A DNA stretch of 64,000 nucleotides. It comes from Alphaproteobacteria bacterium (GTDB lineage Bacteria > Pseudomonadota > Alphaproteobacteria > UBA828). This document shows positions 60,947-64,000 of the stretch, piece by piece; the stretch's first letter is position 1, and the number at the start of each line of letters is the position of its first letter. A program made the position numbers and the translations under genes. A model generated the notes under the pieces. The model made no database searches and had not been told where the DNA came from. It saw only the letters and a list, made by a program, of their open reading frames with translations. The stretch covers positions 928,001 to 992,000 of the forward strand of contig CBDCRW010000004.1 in NCBI GenBank assembly GCA_965221125.1. The letters are read 5' to 3'.

Positions 60947-62020
60947 CTAGGCTCTGGGCGGCAGACGTGGCTCGCTTTCGCCCCAGCCGACACGGCCGTC
61001 GGTGGACAGCATGACCGCAATGGGCCGCGTACGCGGGAAGTAAGCGAAGACGATCATCGTGATCACGGTGATGGGCACGCAGAGGAACATCCCCGGTATA
61101 CCCCAGATCGAGCCCCACACCGCGAGCGAGACCAGCGTCGCGAAGGGACTGATGTTGAGCGAGGAGCCCATCAGCATCGGCTCCAGGAAGTTACCGATGA
61201 AGACTTGGATCACGGCGAGGCTCGGGGTGACGATGAGGAAGGGCACGAAGGTGTCGAACTGCACCAGCGCCAACAGTGCTGGAAAGATGATGCCGAGCAG
61301 CGAGCCGATGGTCGGGATGTAGTTCAGCAGGAAGATGATGACCGCCCAGAAGCCGGCGAAGTCGACCCCGACGGCTGCCAGCACGACGTAACCAAGGCTC
61401 GCCGTGAGCGCACTGGTGAAGGTCTTGATCCAGAGGTAGTTCTGAATCTCACGGGTCATTTGGCTGAGGATGCTGCGCACCCGTTCCTCCCGCTCCCGGT
61501 TCGGGAAAAGCGCCTTCATCTTGCGGCCGAAGCTACCCTGCTCGACGAACAGGAAGAGCACGTAGATCAGGATCAACCCGGCTTCGCCGGCAATCTCGGT
61601 CAGCGTTGCAGCAATACTGCTGACCACGGCCCTGAAGTCGATGCGATCGAGGAGGTCAGTCAGATTTGGCGTCTTTTCGAGGCCGAAGCGTGCGGCCACC
61701 TCGCCGATCAGGCGCTGGAGATTGGCCTGATAGGTGGGGATAGCATCGACCACGGCACTGAAGTTGCCGCTCACCATTTCGGCCAGCGACATGACCGCCG
61801 CGACGACGGCCAGCACCGTGAGCGTGAGCGCGCCCCAGCGCGGCGGGTGAGCGCCGCGTATGCTGAGCCTCATTACCCCGCGCGCAATCGCGTTGATCAG
61901 GTACCAGGCCATGACGGCGATGGCGATCGGGATCAGGATGTTCCGCCCGGAGACGAGAAGGTAAATGGTGAGGGCGGCGATACCGGCCGAGGCGGCGAAG
62001 AGGATGGGTCTTGGCTGCAT
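60947..62020 (-). CDS. AI-2E (PerM/TqsA) family transporter
   Basis: ILIPIAIA, YLWIKT, LNYIPTIGS, GNFLEP-x-LMG-x-x-LNISP, WGIPGMFLCVP. Confidence 0.9.
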   Translation of the reverse strand: MQPRPILFAASAGIAALTIYLLVSGRNILIPIAIAVMAWYLINAIARGVMRLSIRGAHPPRWGALTLTVLAVVAAVMSLAEMVSGNFSAVVDAIPTYQANLQRLIGEVAARFGLEKTPNLTDLLDRIDFRAVVSSIAATLTEIAGEAGLILIYVLFLFVEQGSFGRKMKALFPNREREERVRSILSQMTREIQNYLWIKTFTSALTASLGYVVLAAVGVDFAGFWAVIIFLLNYIPTIGSLLGIIFPALLALVQFDTFVPFLIVTPSLAVIQVFIGNFLEPMLMGSSLNISPFATLVSLAVWGSIWGIPGMFLCVPITVITMIVFAYFPRTRPIAVMLSTDGRVGWGESEPRLPPRA

Positions 62021-62831
62021 GGCGGCTGGACTTCCTGAGCGCTCCCGGCATTGTTGGGCCGGGCCGGACAACGGTCAACCAGCCGGAACTGGAATGGAAA
62101 CGCGCAGTCGGTGCATCCTCGTCCACGGTCTCGCCTCGTGGCCGTTCGTATAAACTCCGAACTGTTTCCCGAAATCCGTCCCGATGACACTCTTGCTCAC
62201 ATCGAAAAGGAGAGTTCCGAGGAGCTCGGCGAGGCCTCCCGCAAACGCACCGCGGAACTAACACGAGCGCGAGCGTGTTGAGCTGACAGTCGTTGCGCTT
62301 CCGCTTGGAGCGCCGGAACCCGAAAAGCGGCGAGGCGGTGTCGATCTTGGCGCGCTGTGTGGTTTTCCGGGCCTCGAAAGTTCTGAAGCCACGAGTCGCC
62401 TCGTCCATGCAGGACCTGGTTGGCAGCGGCCCGAGCACTCGGGACAGACCTTAGGCCGGGCAAGGCGGGTGAGAGCGGGGATTCCTAATCCGATGATGGG
62501 GCAACGCCGAAGATCGCGCAGGCGGTGCGGACGAGCGTGCTGCATCCCTGCGTAGGTGGAAGCCGATCAGCGGACGCACCTCGCTTGTAGGGTTGCCCTG
62601 CAACTATGACATTCCCGCTCGCGGGCTCCGTCCCGATAAGGTCCGGCACTATTCCGATGCCGCACGTCGGGTTGGGGCAACCACCCCGTTCACCGATCTC
62701 GAACACTGGCACGGGCTGGTGGATCACGACGTCAATCCCATGAGAAGGCGCAACCGAAAGATTGGTGCATGAGCACCAGATGCCGTTGCCTACCTCGCTG
62801 ATAATACCGGTCGCAGTCGCCTGCATCTTCG

Positions 62832-63926
62832 TCAGGTCCCCACGTCCACGATCGCCACCACGGGGCCGCCGCCCTGCGGCCCCTGGTGCATCGCATCGAC
62901 CGAGACGAACACGGCGGGATCGCCAATCGCCGCCGCCGCGACGCCGCCCACCGCGCCCTTGGAATGGCGGTGATGGTGAACGTCGGAATCGTCCAGCATA
63001 ATCTGGCGGCGGCCGCGCAGCCGCGCCGTGCGGTCGGCCTCGCACTTGATGAAGCAGTTCACCAGCCGGTCGCCGAGATCGGCGGCGCGCGGGCGCTCCG
63101 GCAGGTCGAGGCCGGCATTGCGAATGCCGTCGTAGATGCCGTCGATGTCGAGCGCGTCCTGCATCACGCCGTGGCCGATGCGGAAGCGACCGCCAGCCCC
63201 CGGCGCGTTGCCGAAGAGGACGATCTGCCCGCGTTCGAGCTCCACGCCTGACGAGCACGACGCGACCGAGGAGTAGAGATCGAGGTTGCGGCAAATGTCT
63301 TCGGCCCGGGGCATGCTCACCTCGCCGAGCGCGACGGCGATGCCGAGACCGGTGGTGCCGTTGGAGACCCCCATCGATTCATGGACCTCGCAGGCCACGG
63401 TCTCGCCGCGCCCGTGCGCCTCCCGCACCGTGTCGATGGTGAGCAGCGGAGTCTTGGTTTGTACGTAGTGGACGTCCGCCGGGTCGCTGATCCCCGCGTC
63501 AGCCATCGCCGTGCGGACGCCGTCCGCGATCTTCTCCACCATCGCAGGCCGACCGATATCCTCCGGCAGGATCGGCGCGCTCATGGCGGTGCCCATGGCG
63601 AGGCGAGCCGCGTCCGCGGGCCCGGTCTCGTCGTTGCTGGCGAAGACGGTCGCGTGGGGGGTGAGCACGCCGTCGCAGCCGCCCGACCAGACCATGGGGA
63701 TTTCGCCGACCTCGGCCTCGCTGCGCGTTCCGTGCTTGAGCAGGACGCCGCGGAAGGCGGTGTCCGACAGGATGCGGGTGAAGTCGTTGACCCCGCCGTT
63801 GCCCTCCGTCTTGCCGATCACGGCCACGACCTCATCCGCCGCCATGCGGCCCGACGCGATCAGCTCCTCCAGGCCGGAGGCGTCCGAGACCGACTTGATC
63901 TCGACCTTTGCAACGTCGATGGCCAT
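62832..63926 (-). CDS. barbiturase-like ring-opening amidohydrolase (AtzD/barbiturase family)
   Basis: [15 protein letters not shown]-x-[27 protein letters not shown]...HQGP-x-GGGPV. Confidence 0.9.
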   Translation of the reverse strand: MAIDVAKVEIKSVSDASGLEELIASGRMAADEVVAVIGKTEGNGGVNDFTRILSDTAFRGVLLKHGTRSEAEVGEIPMVWSGGCDGVLTPHATVFASNDETGPADAARLAMGTAMSAPILPEDIGRPAMVEKIADGVRTAMADAGISDPADVHYVQTKTPLLTIDTVREAHGRGETVACEVHESMGVSNGTTGLGIAVALGEVSMPRAEDICRNLDLYSSVASCSSGVELERGQIVLFGNAPGAGGRFRIGHGVMQDALDIDGIYDGIRNAGLDLPERPRAADLGDRLVNCFIKCEADRTARLRGRRQIMLDDSDVHHHRHSKGAVGGVAAAAIGDPAVFVSVDAMHQGPQGGGPVVAIVDVGT

Positions 63927-64000
63927 ATCTCACTCCCTCGCGGCTCTCAGGCCCAGGCCGTGCTGCGTTGTGTCACGGTCTCGGCGACCACCCTGCCGCG

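Noticed and set aside
62485-62830. Possible small gene downstream of the barbiturase-like gene
   Set aside because: No recognisable motifs or clear RBS on either strand; at most a remnant.
1-64000. rRNA, canonical tRNA genes, CRISPR arrays, relaxase/T4SS and phage structural genes
   Set aside because: None recognisable by eye in this window.

Overview
High-GC window, probably alphaproteobacterial. Host metabolic genes (MFS transporter, threonine aldolase, PhyH dioxygenase, nucleoside-processing enzymes, FAD oxidoreductase, DedA) fill 1-14.6 kb, with a low-GC lipoprotein island at about 6.5-8.8 kb. From about 15.8 to 59.2 kb lies a decaying integrative (ICE-like) element. It carries a tyrosine integrase, a recD2 pseudogene and a long co-oriented + strand block: AAA/DUF3150/VWA, Zn-ribbon paralogues with a tRNA-like element between them, a PAPS-reductase-like pseudogene, ParB, GHKL ATPase, RadC, strawberry-notch methylase/helicase, a PIN TA pair, SLOG-Macro-AlkB, ssb, Toprim and DUF2493. 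The block ends at a candidate oriT and RHH gene; I find no relaxase or T4SS. Three elements are nested in it with resolvable ends: an IS256 (8-bp TSD), a large-serine-recombinase element (CG core) and a RIT element (82-bp perfect IRs plus a palindrome). Most striking: (1) the serine-recombinase element's DUF5372-like gene appears to get its RBS and ATG only when the element circularises; (2) the ParB ends in an FtsZ-like tail peptide, LDIPAFLR; (3) a tRNA-like structure and a matching microhelix precede two paralogous Zn-ribbon genes. A K+ channel domain gene, an AI-2E transporter and a barbiturase-like gene close the window. All family names come from motif recognition by eye, not database searches.
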